Shown: positions 51,909-64,000 of the stretch, one piece after another
How the letters are laid out: each line of letters opens with the position of its first letter
Numbering within the stretch: the stretch's first letter is position 1
DNA from: Octopus sinensis
Taxonomy: Eukaryota
Length of the DNA stretch: 64,000 bases
Assembly: GCF_006345805.1 (NCBI RefSeq)
Contig: NC_043007.1
Location: forward strand, 72,230,001 to 72,294,000
Reading direction: 5' to 3'
Made by a program: the position numbers and the translations under genes
The notes under the pieces: generated by a model
Database searches by the model: none
What the model was told of the DNA's origin: nothing
What the model saw: the letters and a program-made list of their open reading frames with translations, nothing else

Positions 51909-52461
51909 GCCCTGATGCAGTACCAGGCAGCGGCTCTCATGGCTTCTGATCTTAACTGACTGGAAGTGTTATGTACATTGTTTTGTCTTGGTATAAAAGA
52001 TGGGCTACAGCAAATATTCTGCTCAATACCACAGATTTGCTTGTCAGTTGTTTTACCATAACCAGTTGAGCATGTCCCTTAGTGCTGACGATATGTGCAT
52101 CTCTGATCACGAGTAGAAGTAGGGGGGAGCATCATAGCCATGTTGTTTGAGAGGGATTCCTTGGGGTTTGAATGATTCACCTCTGGAAACATGGGTGTTT
52201 CATTCAACATCCTTAAACAACCCTTAATCAGAGACCTTTTGAGTGGAATGGTTACCCAACCAGAAGAAAATTCTAACTGGGCCCCACCCGCAAGGTCATG
52301 CGCTGTTTATCTTGTTATGAGATCACCAATGTCGCGCACATATGGTTGTGATGCATGTGTCTGGTGTACCCTTATCAGACGGTAGTCATGATGGGTATAC
52401 TGGGCTTCGTATATTTGTACACCCCAGTGTCACTTTGATGGCATGCACTACTCTCTCACTC

Positions 52462-52465
<4 letters not shown>
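51905..52465 (+). repeat. Unclassified element embedded in (TAA)n
   Basis: Bounded by (TAA)n on both sides, ends ...CTCTCTCACTC(AAT)n; single copy here; recalled as a common octopus repeat, unverified. Confidence 0.5.
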
Positions 52466-52501
<36 letters not shown>

Positions 52502-52506
52502 TAATA

Positions 52507-52553
<47 letters not shown>

Positions 52554-53308
52554 CATTATTATTATTATTATTATTATTATATGTGTGCTTCTGTGTGCGT
52601 GTTTTCATAGCTGTGTTTGTCCCCCACCACACGCACAAACACAAACGCACACGCACGCACAGACGCACAAACACACACACACTCACACACACATACACAC
52701 ACACATGAATTCACATGCTGCTGAGCGCAAATAATCCCAAACCACATCCAAAGAAAGGCCCTCCCGACGGATTAGCATGATATCACTCAGACATACTCAA
52801 ACCTTTGGCCAACGAACGAACGTACATTCTCGTTTCACTAACTTTTCTGTCACTCTTACAATGGAAGCTGCTCTTCCCAACGGTGAAAGTCTACGCCTGC
52901 TTCCATTTAAGACCATCTCAGTTACTCTTGTCGCTCAGCACTCCCATGGTCATGTTTTAACAACTATGTCCATTCCTTTTCTTCCAGACATAGCTACTAT
53001 TGGGAATGTCTTCCTTGGTCATGTTTTTCCGGTAGCAGCCGATTGCTATTGCTCAAATTGAGTAAAAACTGCGTCCATCTGAACCTGGTTTTTAAGGGTC
53101 AGTGAACGATACTTGTATAACCCCTTTCTTTGATACAGATCTCAAACTTGTGTGTGTGTGGTGTGTGTGCGTGCGTGCGTGTGTGTGTATGTGTGCGCGC
53201 GCGCACAAAAAGTTCATACGCACGCAGATGCAGAAACACACACATATATGCATACACACACACACGCACGCACACATAATGTCTCTGCGTGTGAATATAT
53301 ATTCTGTG

Positions 53309-53363
<55 letters not shown>

Positions 53364-54190
53364 GATTAAAAATGTGTTTATGATTAAGCCCATGTGTGTG
53401 TGCTTCATTGGGTGTGAGTGTGCGTGTGTGTGCCTGTGCGTATGTATTTATGTGTCTGTGAGTGTGTGCACATTGCATCCTCATTTCCCCCTCCCCACAC
53501 ACTATACACTTAACATTAAATATACTTACTTAGAAGGAAATTCAATCCCACTTATCCGAAACTAGAGCCACACACCAACCTTAAAACATGTTTACTTACA
53601 CATGTTGCTGTTATAAAAAATTATTCAATTCGCTCTCCTCGCTACCATAAAAAAAAAATTCATAATTACTGTAAAGTATGTCGTAAAATTATATTTTAGC
53701 ACATTCATTTCTCGAAATTCATTAAAAGAATTTTGCTTGTTAATGACTGTGAAAAATCCTCTCAATTTCACACTGGAGCTAATTTCTGTTGCAGTTGTGA
53801 TAAGCTCCGTAATAAAAAATTTTTAAAAACCACCACAAACCAATCCAAATAAACAAAGAAGCAAAATAATCATTAAAGAAAAAGTAATTTAACGGAAAAA
53901 ATGAATAACATTTCCTCGTATGTTTTGCCCGATTCACTTTCCTGCCTCTAACTTCTAAATAAAGTTTCCGGTTGAAAAAAAAAATTTAAAAAACGTCGAG
54001 TTAGTGACGTCTAGATTTCCGTTTGATGTCTCCTATAGAATTGGTCTATTGATAAAACACCAATGACTGGCTTAAGTAGGGGTAGAGAAGGGACTGGGAA
54101 AAGAGGCAGCCGGCTTAAGGTTTTCACAGCATTTTGGTTTTGTAAAATATTTATAATTTCAAATTCTGTTCAAATCGTATTAATTAATTA

Positions 54191-54237
<47 letters not shown>

Positions 54238-54366
54238 CTTTAGTTACAGCACATTTATTTACCTTAAAAATATTAGCTGTTCGCATATCGAAAATGAAGT
54301 ATCATTGATTTGAAACAATGTCTGCGCTTCAACCAGGCGATAATTTTTCGTTTCATTTTCTATTAT

Positions 54367-54397
<31 letters not shown>

Positions 54398-54420
54398 AAT
54401 GATGTTGTTGCTGTTCCTGT

Positions 54421-54610
54421 TAGCCGTATTTCGTCTGTCGTTACGTTGTGAGTTCAAATTCCGCCGAGGTCGACTTTGCCATTAATCCTATCGAGGTCGA
54501 TAAATTAAGTACCAGTTACACACTGGGGTCGATGTAATCGACTAAATACCTATGTCTGTCCTTGTTTGTCCCCTCTATGTTTAGCCCCTTGTGGGTAGTA
54601 AAGAAATAGG
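54421..54610 (+). mobile_element. SINE family A1, 5'-truncated
   Basis: CCGTATTTCGTCTG..GTGGGTAGTAAAGAAATAGG. Confidence 0.88.
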
Positions 54611-55692
54611 TAATATTGTTGTTTCTCCGGTTGTTGTTGTTGATAATGATGATGATGATGATGATGATGATGATGCTGTTGGTGTTCTTCTTGCCGTTGT
54701 TGATGGTGATGATGACGACGATGATGAGATGATGGTGATGATGATGATGATGTTGTTGTTGTTGTTGTTGTCGTCGTTGATGATGATGGATGGATGGAGG
54801 CTGGTGGGAAGCAATCGACGAAATAAAATTGAAATGTGTCAGCAAGTTTTCGTTGACTTTGCTACAGCAGGCAATAAGTTGCTTCATGCAAAACTTACTA
54901 CTACTACTACTACTACTACAACTACTACTACTACTACTACTACTACAACTACTACTACTACTACCACTACTACTACTACTACTACTACTGATAATAATAA
55001 TTATGAAATGGCATTAAATACTTATAATATTTATTTGCCACAAACAAAATAGACTCAAATATTAAATTACAAAAAAACAAGCATGTACTGGAGTGTACAC
55101 ATGCAAATACCCTTCCGCACTCAGACACATATATTCATATGTATGTATGTATGTATGTTGTATGTATTATTATGTATGTATGTATGTATGTATGCATGTA
55201 TGTATGTATGCATGTATGTATGTATGTATGTATGCATGTATGTATGTATTAGTATTATGCATGTAATGTATGTATGTATGCATGTTGTATGTAATGTATG
55301 TATGTAGTATGCTATGTAGTAAGTGTGTGTGTATGTATGAATCTATCTATCTATATTCTATCTATCTCTACATATGTGTGTGTGGTGTGTGTGTGTGCAT
55401 CTATATACATACACACACATGTATATATAAAAAAATATCTTTATTTAAAGATACGTTTATATATACATATACATGTTTATATATACATCTACGTGTGTAC
55501 ACATTCATACACTAACTCTCATACAAATGCATATACATTCATACATATATATATACTATATATATAGTATATATATAACACATCTAACATTATTATAAAA
55601 TAATATATATATAACATAAATATATATATAATATACATCACATATAGTTATATATAATGTGTGTGTATATATATATATATGTTTGTGTATAT

Positions 55693-55786
<94 letters not shown>

Positions 55787-55799
55787 TATATATATAGTT

Positions 55800-55990
55800 A
55801 ATCCAAACAAGAAAACACTGAACTGAAAAAAAACACAGCAACGCGAGGACGTGGAACAATTAAAGTATTATTGACGCTCAGGAAAGAAGGGAAGGAGGGT
55901 TTAACGTTTCGAGCTGAGCTCTTCGTCGGAAACAAGGAGAAGGAAAGATCCCAAGAAGGGAAGATAGAGGAAAAAATATTTTTGCTGGTG
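55800..55990 (-). mobile_element. H2-related pLTR-like repeat with hammerhead motif at 55899-55933
   Basis: Minus strand GTTT CCGACGA A GAGC tca GCTC GAAA CGT T AAAC; downstream CCTGAGCGTCAATAATAC as in H2. Confidence 0.7.
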
Positions 55991-56216
55991 GTGCTCAAGA
56001 GATCACATGTTGATGTGTATATATATATATATATAACTTACTCGGAGGAGGATGCGTATGTTCAGTCATAAAATAATATAAATAATATATATATATATAT
56101 CTATATATATATATCTAATACTATATATATAATATATATTATATTATATAGTATATATATATGCATATATACATACGTATATGTACATACATCTATACGT
56201 ATATATATATATATAT

Positions 56217-56270
<54 letters not shown>

Positions 56271-56315
56271 GCATATGAGGGCACAGGACGTCGCGAAACG
56301 TGTACAACAAAAAAT

Positions 56316-56390
56316 ACGAAGCACCATGGCATGGAACATGAAATATTCTTTCGAAAGAATATTTCATGTTTCATGTACACGTGCTTCGTA
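56316..56390. repeat. Hairpin with a perfect 36-bp central palindrome
   Basis: AACATGAAATATTCTTTC|GAAAGAATATTTCATGTT at 56335-56370, with outer TACGAAGCAC/GTGCTTCGTA. Confidence 0.92.
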
Positions 56391-56475
56391 TATATGTCCC
56401 CATATATACGTATAGATGTAAGTACATATACGTATGTACATTATATTATTTATATTATATGATATTATATATATA

Positions 56476-56544
<69 letters not shown>

Positions 56545-56548
56545 ATTA

Positions 56549-57502
56549 TTAAGGTAGTAAAAATACAACATGGACAAGAACGTATAACTCTTAGAATACG
56601 ATACAATAAACACGGACAGGACATTCGAAACCCTCAGTCTTCAGTCAAGAACCGGATCATCGTAGTAATTTCGGCTGATTAATCTTGAGATTACTAGATC
56701 ACGGCCAGCCCTCCAAGAAAAACTAAGCAACGAGCATTAGAAAAACTAAGCTAGGAGCGTAGATTTCCTGGAAGAAGGATCGAATGCATACGGACACAAG
56801 GACAGCAAAATGGACAATATAAAAAAACAAAAAAAATAATGGAATACAGAACATGAAATACAGAAGCATTAACGGTGAAAACAAAACAAAGTGTCTTACG
56901 ACTGATAACAAGCAAACAATTTTTTCTCTGGCGCAAGGAAAGGAGCCTTATCGGCGATGCCTTTAGCGGCGGACGAAAAACAACGATGTTAACAAGCACG
57001 CTGGTCAGAAGCTGAAAGGCAGATTTCGGCCAGCAGTCACGTGACAGAGAAGAGAGAAAAGAAAAGAAAGAGAGCAACGAAGAGGAGAGAGAGGAGAGAG
57101 AGAGAGGAGGGACAAACGCGACAAAGAGCGAGAAGAGAGAGAAATAAGGAATCAAGAGGGAAAGGGATGGGTGTCGAAGAGCGACCTGTGAGTGCAGAGC
57201 GAGACAAAGAAATAGGAGGGTAGTGGAAGATTAGACCAAAGAATCAGAGGAAAGAGAAGAGAAAAAGAGGATGAGTAGAGAGAGAAGGGGACAGATCAAG
57301 TAAAAGTGAGAGAGAGAGAGAGACAAACAAAGAGTCGTACAGTTATTAAGATATGTGCTCACATTAATGTTAAGAAGAGGGTACGGGCCGCTGAATATAT
57401 GTTAAGGTATGTAGAAAATTACAACATGGACAAGAACGTATAACTCTTAGAAGACGATACAATAAACACGGACAGGACATTCGAAACCCTCAGTCTTCAG
57501 TC
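56549..57502. mobile_element. Element bounded by ~98-bp direct repeats
   Basis: 56549-56646 repeated at 57402-57502; homologous to 33085-33720. Confidence 0.75.
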
Positions 57503-57504
57503 TA

Positions 57505-57618
<114 letters not shown>

Positions 57619-57638
57619 ATATACATATATATACATAT

Positions 57639-57859
57639 AAGGACGCAGTCGAGGTACTTGGAGATCATTTCGGTGGGCAGTTGCAGGCGAAGACGATGGG
57701 GCGGCCAGAGTTTGTGGGCTTGTGGATATAAATATAAATATAAATATAAATAATATAAATATAAATAAATATATATATATAATATATATATTAATATATA
57801 TATATATATATATTATTATATCCGTATATGTTTATGAGTTATATGTATCTGTCTTTGAA

Positions 57860-57893
<34 letters not shown>

Positions 57894-57894
57894 C

Positions 57895-57930
<36 letters not shown>

Positions 57931-58007
57931 AATGTGATATGTGTGTGTACATGTATGTATATATCTGTATCTTTTATATATATATATATATATAATATCT
58001 TATATAT

Positions 58008-58041
<34 letters not shown>

Positions 58042-58046
58042 ATATC

Positions 58047-58095
<49 letters not shown>

Positions 58096-58168
58096 ATAAT
58101 ATATATATATCTACCTCTATATCTATATATATCTATATATCTATATATATAATATATCTATATATATA

Positions 58169-58210
<42 letters not shown>

Positions 58211-58501
58211 ATAATATATCTATATAATATATATATATATATATACAGAATGTTCAAAGACAGATACACATAACCTCACAACACGTACGGATATATATAT
58301 TATATTATATATATATAGATATAATATATATATAATATATATATTTAGATATAATAATTTTATATTTATATATTTATATTTAATATTTATATTTATATTT
58401 ATATTTATATTATATCCACAAGCCACAAACTCTGGCCGCCCCATCGTCTTCGCCTGCAACTGCCCACCGAAATGATCTCCAAGTACCTCGACTGCGTCCT
58501 T
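57639..58501. repeat. Inverted duplication around a TA-rich spacer
   Basis: 57639-57868 is the reverse complement of 58244-58501. Confidence 0.9.
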
Positions 58502-58793
58502 GCCCTCTCACCCACTGGCTTTCCTCCCGTCACACATTCACGACACCAATCATGTTCTACGTCTGTTTAACTCTTTCTCCTTCCTTCCTTCATGGTCCTC
58601 TCAACTCTTTCTTTCCTTGTTTTGTTTTGTTTTTCCATTCTCACTCCTTTTATTTTCCTCTTAATCCTTTCTACTGAAGAGCGTAGGCTCGGAACTTAAA
58701 AGACTTTTCCATTCTTCCTGAGCGTTAAACTAATACACCTGCTTGTTGTTCCTACACCTATCTTCGTCGTTTGTTTTCTGAAAATTTTAACTG
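58415..58793 (+). mobile_element. Internally deleted Penelope-like element: RT fragment joined to an H2 pLTR
   Basis: [23 protein letters not shown] and LPSHIHDTNHVLRLFNSF (frameshifted), then a decayed H2 motif at 58666-58703. Confidence 0.8.
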
Positions 58794-58801
58794 TACACAC
58801 A

Positions 58802-58855
<54 letters not shown>

Positions 58856-59088
58856 ACACACACACAAAAGAAACGCAACTTCTCTATCTAAACCAGCGTT
58901 TCTCAACCGGGGTTCCCCGGAACTCTAGGGCTCCGCAAAAGGTTCCTAGAGGTTCCGCAAGAAAGAGTGAAATAAGCTAATGTTAATTTCATGATCGTAA
59001 TATTACCATACATGCACAACATATCATTGGTTATTGTAATATAGACATTATCCTATCTAAGCTATTATGTTATCAAAAATATATAACA

Positions 59089-59140
<52 letters not shown>

Positions 59141-59164
59141 ACGTGAACTACGATGGAAAAAATA

Positions 59165-59478
59165 TGAAAAAGATGTTTGTTCCTTCTCGAGCCATGCCTG
59201 GCTCATAAGAGTCGGTTTCCCGGTTTCCTTGGCGTATAGGTTCCCCACCTGGACGGGACGCCGGTCCGTTGCAGGTGAGGTGCAAGATGCAGGAAGAAAG
59301 AGTGAGAGAAAGTTGTGGCGAAAGAGTCAGCAGAAGTTTGCCATTTACCTTCTGCCGGAGCCGCATGGATCTTAGGTGTTTCGCTCATAAACACACACAT
59401 CACCCGGCCTGAGATTTGAACCTGCGATCCCTCGACCGCGAGTCCGCTGCTCTAACCACTAGACCATGTGCCTCCACA
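59165..59478 (-). mobile_element. SINE family C2
   Basis: Reverse complement of 32106-32408. Confidence 0.92.
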
Positions 59479-59749
59479 TGAAAGATATAGTAAATAATTT
59501 TTTTGTGCAGTGGTTCCTTGAGACATGTAATTATTTTAAGGGTTATGCAAGGGTAAAATGGTTGAGAAGCACTGATCTAAGCACTTCTTTGAGTTAAAAG
59601 AAAGCAACGTAACTGCAAATATAAAATATTTACCGCAAAACCCCCCAATAATTACACAAAACAGCCAGTACCCATTAAACAAGAGGATGTCTTCATACGA
59701 TGGTTAGGAAATATTAAAAAATACTGAGAGTATTCTTTTATTCTTTAAT

Positions 59750-59949
59750 TCTTTTTTACTTGTTGCAGTCAATTGACTGGGGCATGCTGGAGAACCGCTT
59801 TCAAGAATTTTAGTTGAACGAATTGACCCCAATATTTATTTAGTTTTAAGCTTGATACTTCTTATTCTATTGCTATCTTTCTGCCGAACAGCTAAGTTAT
59901 GGGGACGTAAACAAACCAACACTACTTGTCAAGCGGTGGACACACACAC

Positions 59950-60003
<54 letters not shown>

Positions 60004-60046
60004 TTATCTGTCTGTCTATCTATCAATCTGTCTGTCTATCTATCTA

Positions 60047-60110
<64 letters not shown>

Positions 60111-60210
60111 CGACGGGCTTCTTTCAGTTTTCGTTTACCAAATCCATTCATATGTCTTTGGTCGGCCCGTGTGTATAATAGAAGACACTTGCTCAAGATG
60201 TCACGCAGTA
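59750..60210 (-). mobile_element. SINE family B with an (ATCT)n internal tract
   Basis: B tail and body flanking a tetranucleotide tract. Confidence 0.82.
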
Positions 60211-60534
60211 GGTTTTTTTTTTTGTTTCAAAATCATGATAACATTGATAATTTCAGATGCAAAATCTTTTAAATGGCGGCTGGAAAAAATAAACCATGAA
60301 ATTTTCTTTATACAGCGTAGAGTTAAACGCTACGAAATATCGGAGACATCATGTGGCAGCCAGAATAAATATAAACAATCTAAGTGGCACTTTAACAATC
60401 TTGAAGCACTAATTTGAGTGGGAATTGAGTGCTTTGTCGTTTTGTTGCAAAAGGAATGGAAAAAGAAATATTTTCAGATGAGTACGAGCAAATAGTCGAG
60501 CGTAATTGTGTATGTGTGTGTGTGCGTGAAAAAA

Positions 60535-60583
<49 letters not shown>

Positions 60584-60877
60584 TAAGGAGAGAGATCTTG
60601 TGTATAAATATATACATGTTGCTGATTGTATACGTACACACGTATATTTGTTTGAAACAAATCGCTGCCAATTTGTATTTGTTTTAAATATTTTGGTGTA
60701 GAATTTTAGAGAATTATTTTTGAATCATCTTAAAGAATCAGAAGTCCTTAAAGTCATCAAGTTTAACTAAAAGGTCTTGCAGAAAATGTAAGCAACTAGT
60801 TCTGATTTACGAAGATGTTTGAGGTGGTAATATATACAGACAGTATTATATGCAGATTGTAATATATACAGATAGTA

Positions 60878-61078
60878 AGGCAGAGAATTGACAGGATCGT
60901 TAGCACGCCGGGCATTTCTTCCTTCTTCACCTTCTGAGTTCACATTCTACCGAGGTCGACTTTGCCTTTCATCCTTTCCGGGTCGATAAAATAAGCACCA
61001 GTCAAACATCGGAGTTAAGGTAATCGACTAGTCTCCTGCCCGAAATTTCTGGCCTTCTGCCTACTATAGAAAGGAATA
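60878..61078 (+). mobile_element. SINE family A2, diverged
   Basis: CGTTAGCACGCCGGGC..GAGGTCGACTTTGCCTTTCATCC..CTGGCCTTCTGCC. Confidence 0.75.
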
Positions 61079-61208
61079 TATGTGACACCTTCAATTCCGT
61101 GTCGGTCTCTTTTAGGAACGGAGAGAGCTTGTATACATATGTGTATGAATATGCATACATATATATATATATATATGTATGTATGCATATTCATACACAT
61201 ATATATAT

Positions 61209-62043
61209 TAATAGTAGTATTTTATAAGCTTAAAGTGATCACCGCGCAATGACTAATAATATTCTAATAATGGGGGATAATGTCGAGAGCTGAGCTCTCG
61301 ACAGAAAAATAGTATGTTTTCCTGTACGCGCGAGACTCGAACCCACACGTCTTTGTTTACGCGATCAAGTGTTCTACCGATTGCACCAACGAACCAACCT
61401 GCTTTTTTTTTCTTCCACATCTAAGTACTATAAGTAGTTCGTAATTGTTTTTGTAGACAAACGTTCATGTACTTTTGTTAAGCAGTGTCGATTTTTATAA
61501 TTCTGTAAATAGTAATAATAGCATTTTACAAGCTTAAAGCTTATTACGATCACCGCGCAATGACTAAAGAAAATAGTGTAATAATGGGGCGTATAAGCCC
61601 TCGACAGAAAAAAGTAGGGTTTTCCCGTACGTGTGGGACTCGACGGGAAAACCTATTTTTATTAGCTTTAAGCTTGTAAAATACTATTATTATTATTTAC
61701 AGAATTGTAAAAGTCGATACTGCTTTACAAAACTATTCGCAGTAAAAGCACATGAATGTTTGTTTACAAAAAAAAACAACTACGAACTAGTTATGGTTCT
61801 TAAGTCTAACAAAAAAAAAGCAGTTTGGTTCGCTGGTGTAATCGGTAGCACTCTTGGTAGTATAGACAAAAGAGTGTGGGTTCGAGTCGTACGGGAAAAC
61901 CTACTTTTTTTTCTGACGAGGGCTTATATGTCCCATTATTAGACTAATTTCTTTGCGCGGTGATCGCTATATGCTTTAAGCTTATAAAATATTATTATTT
62001 ACAGAATTTTAAAAATCGACACTGCTTAACAAAACCATTCGCA
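61209..62043. repeat. ~310-bp tandem unit containing a tRNA-like sequence, with an inversion of the array
   Basis: Unit starts at ~61209 and ~61517; after ~61643 the same unit runs on the opposite strand; tRNA-like at 61321-61396 (-) and 61826-61896 (+). Confidence 0.82.
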
Positions 62044-62534
62044 ATATATATATATATATATATATATTAAGCCCAAATTTGAAAGCAATACATATAGGCA
62101 ATACATAGACAGAGTAATACATACATATTGTAATATACAGAGATAGTAATATCTAAGTACAGTTATGTTTACAGATTGCTGCTGACATCTTCAAAATATT
62201 GAATTCTTCATAACACCCACGCAAGCTCGTTTTTAAGGTAGGAGAATAAACCTGTTAAAGTTCATGTCTTCCCCAATGACACTGGGACAAAGACGAAGTG
62301 GCGGGGGGGGGGAGACATAGAAACAAAATGAAACAGAAAAGATAGAAACAGCGGAATCAAGTACAAAATTAAAGAAAATTTAATTGGTGTTGGTGATGGT
62401 GATGGTGGGGTAAATATGGCGTGGCAAAGATGAAAGGGTGTGAACGGGAAATAGACGCTGTTTCGATTTTTTCTCAATCCCGTATATTACCATAGTGATC
62501 TTAACATCTGTATAGACATCCCGCAGATCATCCT

Positions 62535-62577
<43 letters not shown>

Positions 62578-63118
62578 GCACGCACGCACACACACACAAA
62601 CAAACAAACACACATATACATCACACTTACGCATAGTGAATTTTAATTGATTCCAGAACGTCCGGAGAATGGTATTTGATGTGCTACTACAAAACATTCC
62701 TTGGAACTTACCAGCAAAACATTAGAGCTGAAAAAATTTAACTGAGATAAAAGAAAAAGAAGAAAAAAGTAATAAAAAATACAATCAAAAAGTTGTAGGT
62801 GACAGGTGCTATTACAGTGACGCGCCATCTAAAGAAAATGGCGCGAAAGTATGGCAGAAGAATTATAAAAAAAATCTAACAGCAATAAAGAATCAAAGAT
62901 CAATTCGTCATTGATGTGATTAGGTGCTACTAAGTCAATCATAACCTTTCTACTTCCGTTTCCATCGGAGAACACAAGGGCTTCAATTTGATTTCACTCT
63001 CATTCTGTTACTCAGTAGAAGAGGGAACCAAACCATGCAGGTAAAACCATATCATCAAACTAGAGTTTACACTGAAAGACAGTCATGTGTGTGCGTGCGT
63101 GCATGGGTGCGTGTGTGT

Positions 63119-63155
<37 letters not shown>

Positions 63156-63262
63156 TGTATAAAATATATAGATGAGAGAGTGTTTGAGGCATGGAAGCAA
63201 AAAGAAAAAAAAAACACTCAGCAACAACGTATACTCACTGTAGATACATTTTGTGACTTATT

Positions 63263-63700
63263 TGTTTCAAATTTTGGCGCAAGGCCAGCAATTTCGGGTG
63301 TGTGGAGGAGGGGGTAAGTCGACTACATCAAGCCCTGTACTCTACTGGTATTATTCTATTGGCCCCTAAGGCGGCGAGCTGGCAGAAACGTTAGCACACG
63401 GGCGAAATGCGTGGCCGTATTTCGTCTGCCGTTACGTTCTAAGTTCAAATTCCGCCGAGGTCGACTTTGCCTTTCATCCTTTCGGGGTCGATAAATTAAG
63501 TACCAGTTACGCACTGGGGTCGATATCTAACCTTGTTTGTCCCCTCTGTGTTTAGCCCCTTGTGGGTAGTAAAGAAATAATTATTCTATTGGCCCCGAAA
63601 GGATGAAAGGCAGTGTCAACCTCGGCGGAATTTGAACTCGGAACATAAAGACAGATAAAATGCTGCTAAGCACTTTGTCCGGCGTGTTAACGATTCTTTC
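63263..63700 (-). mobile_element. SINE family A2 interrupted by an A1 insertion
   Basis: Host sequence resumes after the second TSD. Confidence 0.85.
63367..63579 (+). mobile_element. Young SINE family A1 with a perfect 17-bp TSD
   Basis: ATTATTCTATTGGCCCC at 63350-63366 and 63580-63596. Confidence 0.95.
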
Positions 63701-63701
63701 T

Positions 63702-63906
63702 ATTATAAGCACAAGGCCTGAAATTTGGGGGAGGGGGATAGTCAATTACATCGACTCCAGTGCTTTACTGGTACTTAATTTATCGGTCCCAAAAGGATGA
63801 AAAGCAAAGTCGACCTCGGCGGAATTTGAACTCAGAACGTAACGGCAGACGAAATACGGCTACGCATTTCGCCCGGCGTGCTAACGTTTCTGCCAGCTCG
63901 CCGCCT
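63702..63906 (-). mobile_element. SINE family A2
   Basis: GCACAAGGCCTGAAATTTGG..CTGCCAGCTCGCCGCCT. Confidence 0.88.
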
Positions 63907-64000
63907 TTTATATAAATACATGAGGGTTCTTTTGAAATATGAAAGCAAAAGAAACATTTTTCTTCTTTGAGATCTATCAAAAGGTCATGTGATTCACTGG

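Noticed and set aside
52740-53100. Unique segment tested as a LINE or exon fragment
   Set aside because: No motif recovered in the frames I translated

Overview
Eukaryotic, AT-rich, repeat-saturated DNA with one 100-N gap (42062-42161) and no host protein-coding gene that I can support. Almost every ORF in the supplied track is a translation of (TA)n, (CA)n or trinucleotide microsatellites. The repeat families look like octopus SINEs and LINEs, so a cephalopod origin is likely; this is from memory, not a database search. Contents: about 40 copies of tRNA-headed SINEs in four or five families (my labels A, B, C/C2, E); three CR1/L2-like LINE 3' ends; an RTE LINE with a twin-priming-type 5' inversion; a DD41D Tc1/mariner relic; three Helitron-type non-autonomous elements; a MITE family; and many Penelope-like element (PLE) pieces. 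The most interesting signals: (i) a stop-free GIY-YIG endonuclease domain between ~350-bp inverted repeats, each carrying a minimal hammerhead ribozyme motif; (ii) three distinct hammerhead-motif families across the window; (iii) two loci with divergent tRNA-like units followed by T-run terminators; (iv) head/tail module swapping among SINEs and a 3' stem-loop shared and covarying between a SINE and a LINE; (v) several near-perfect fold-back palindromes. Coordinates were read by eye, so most boundaries are approximate.
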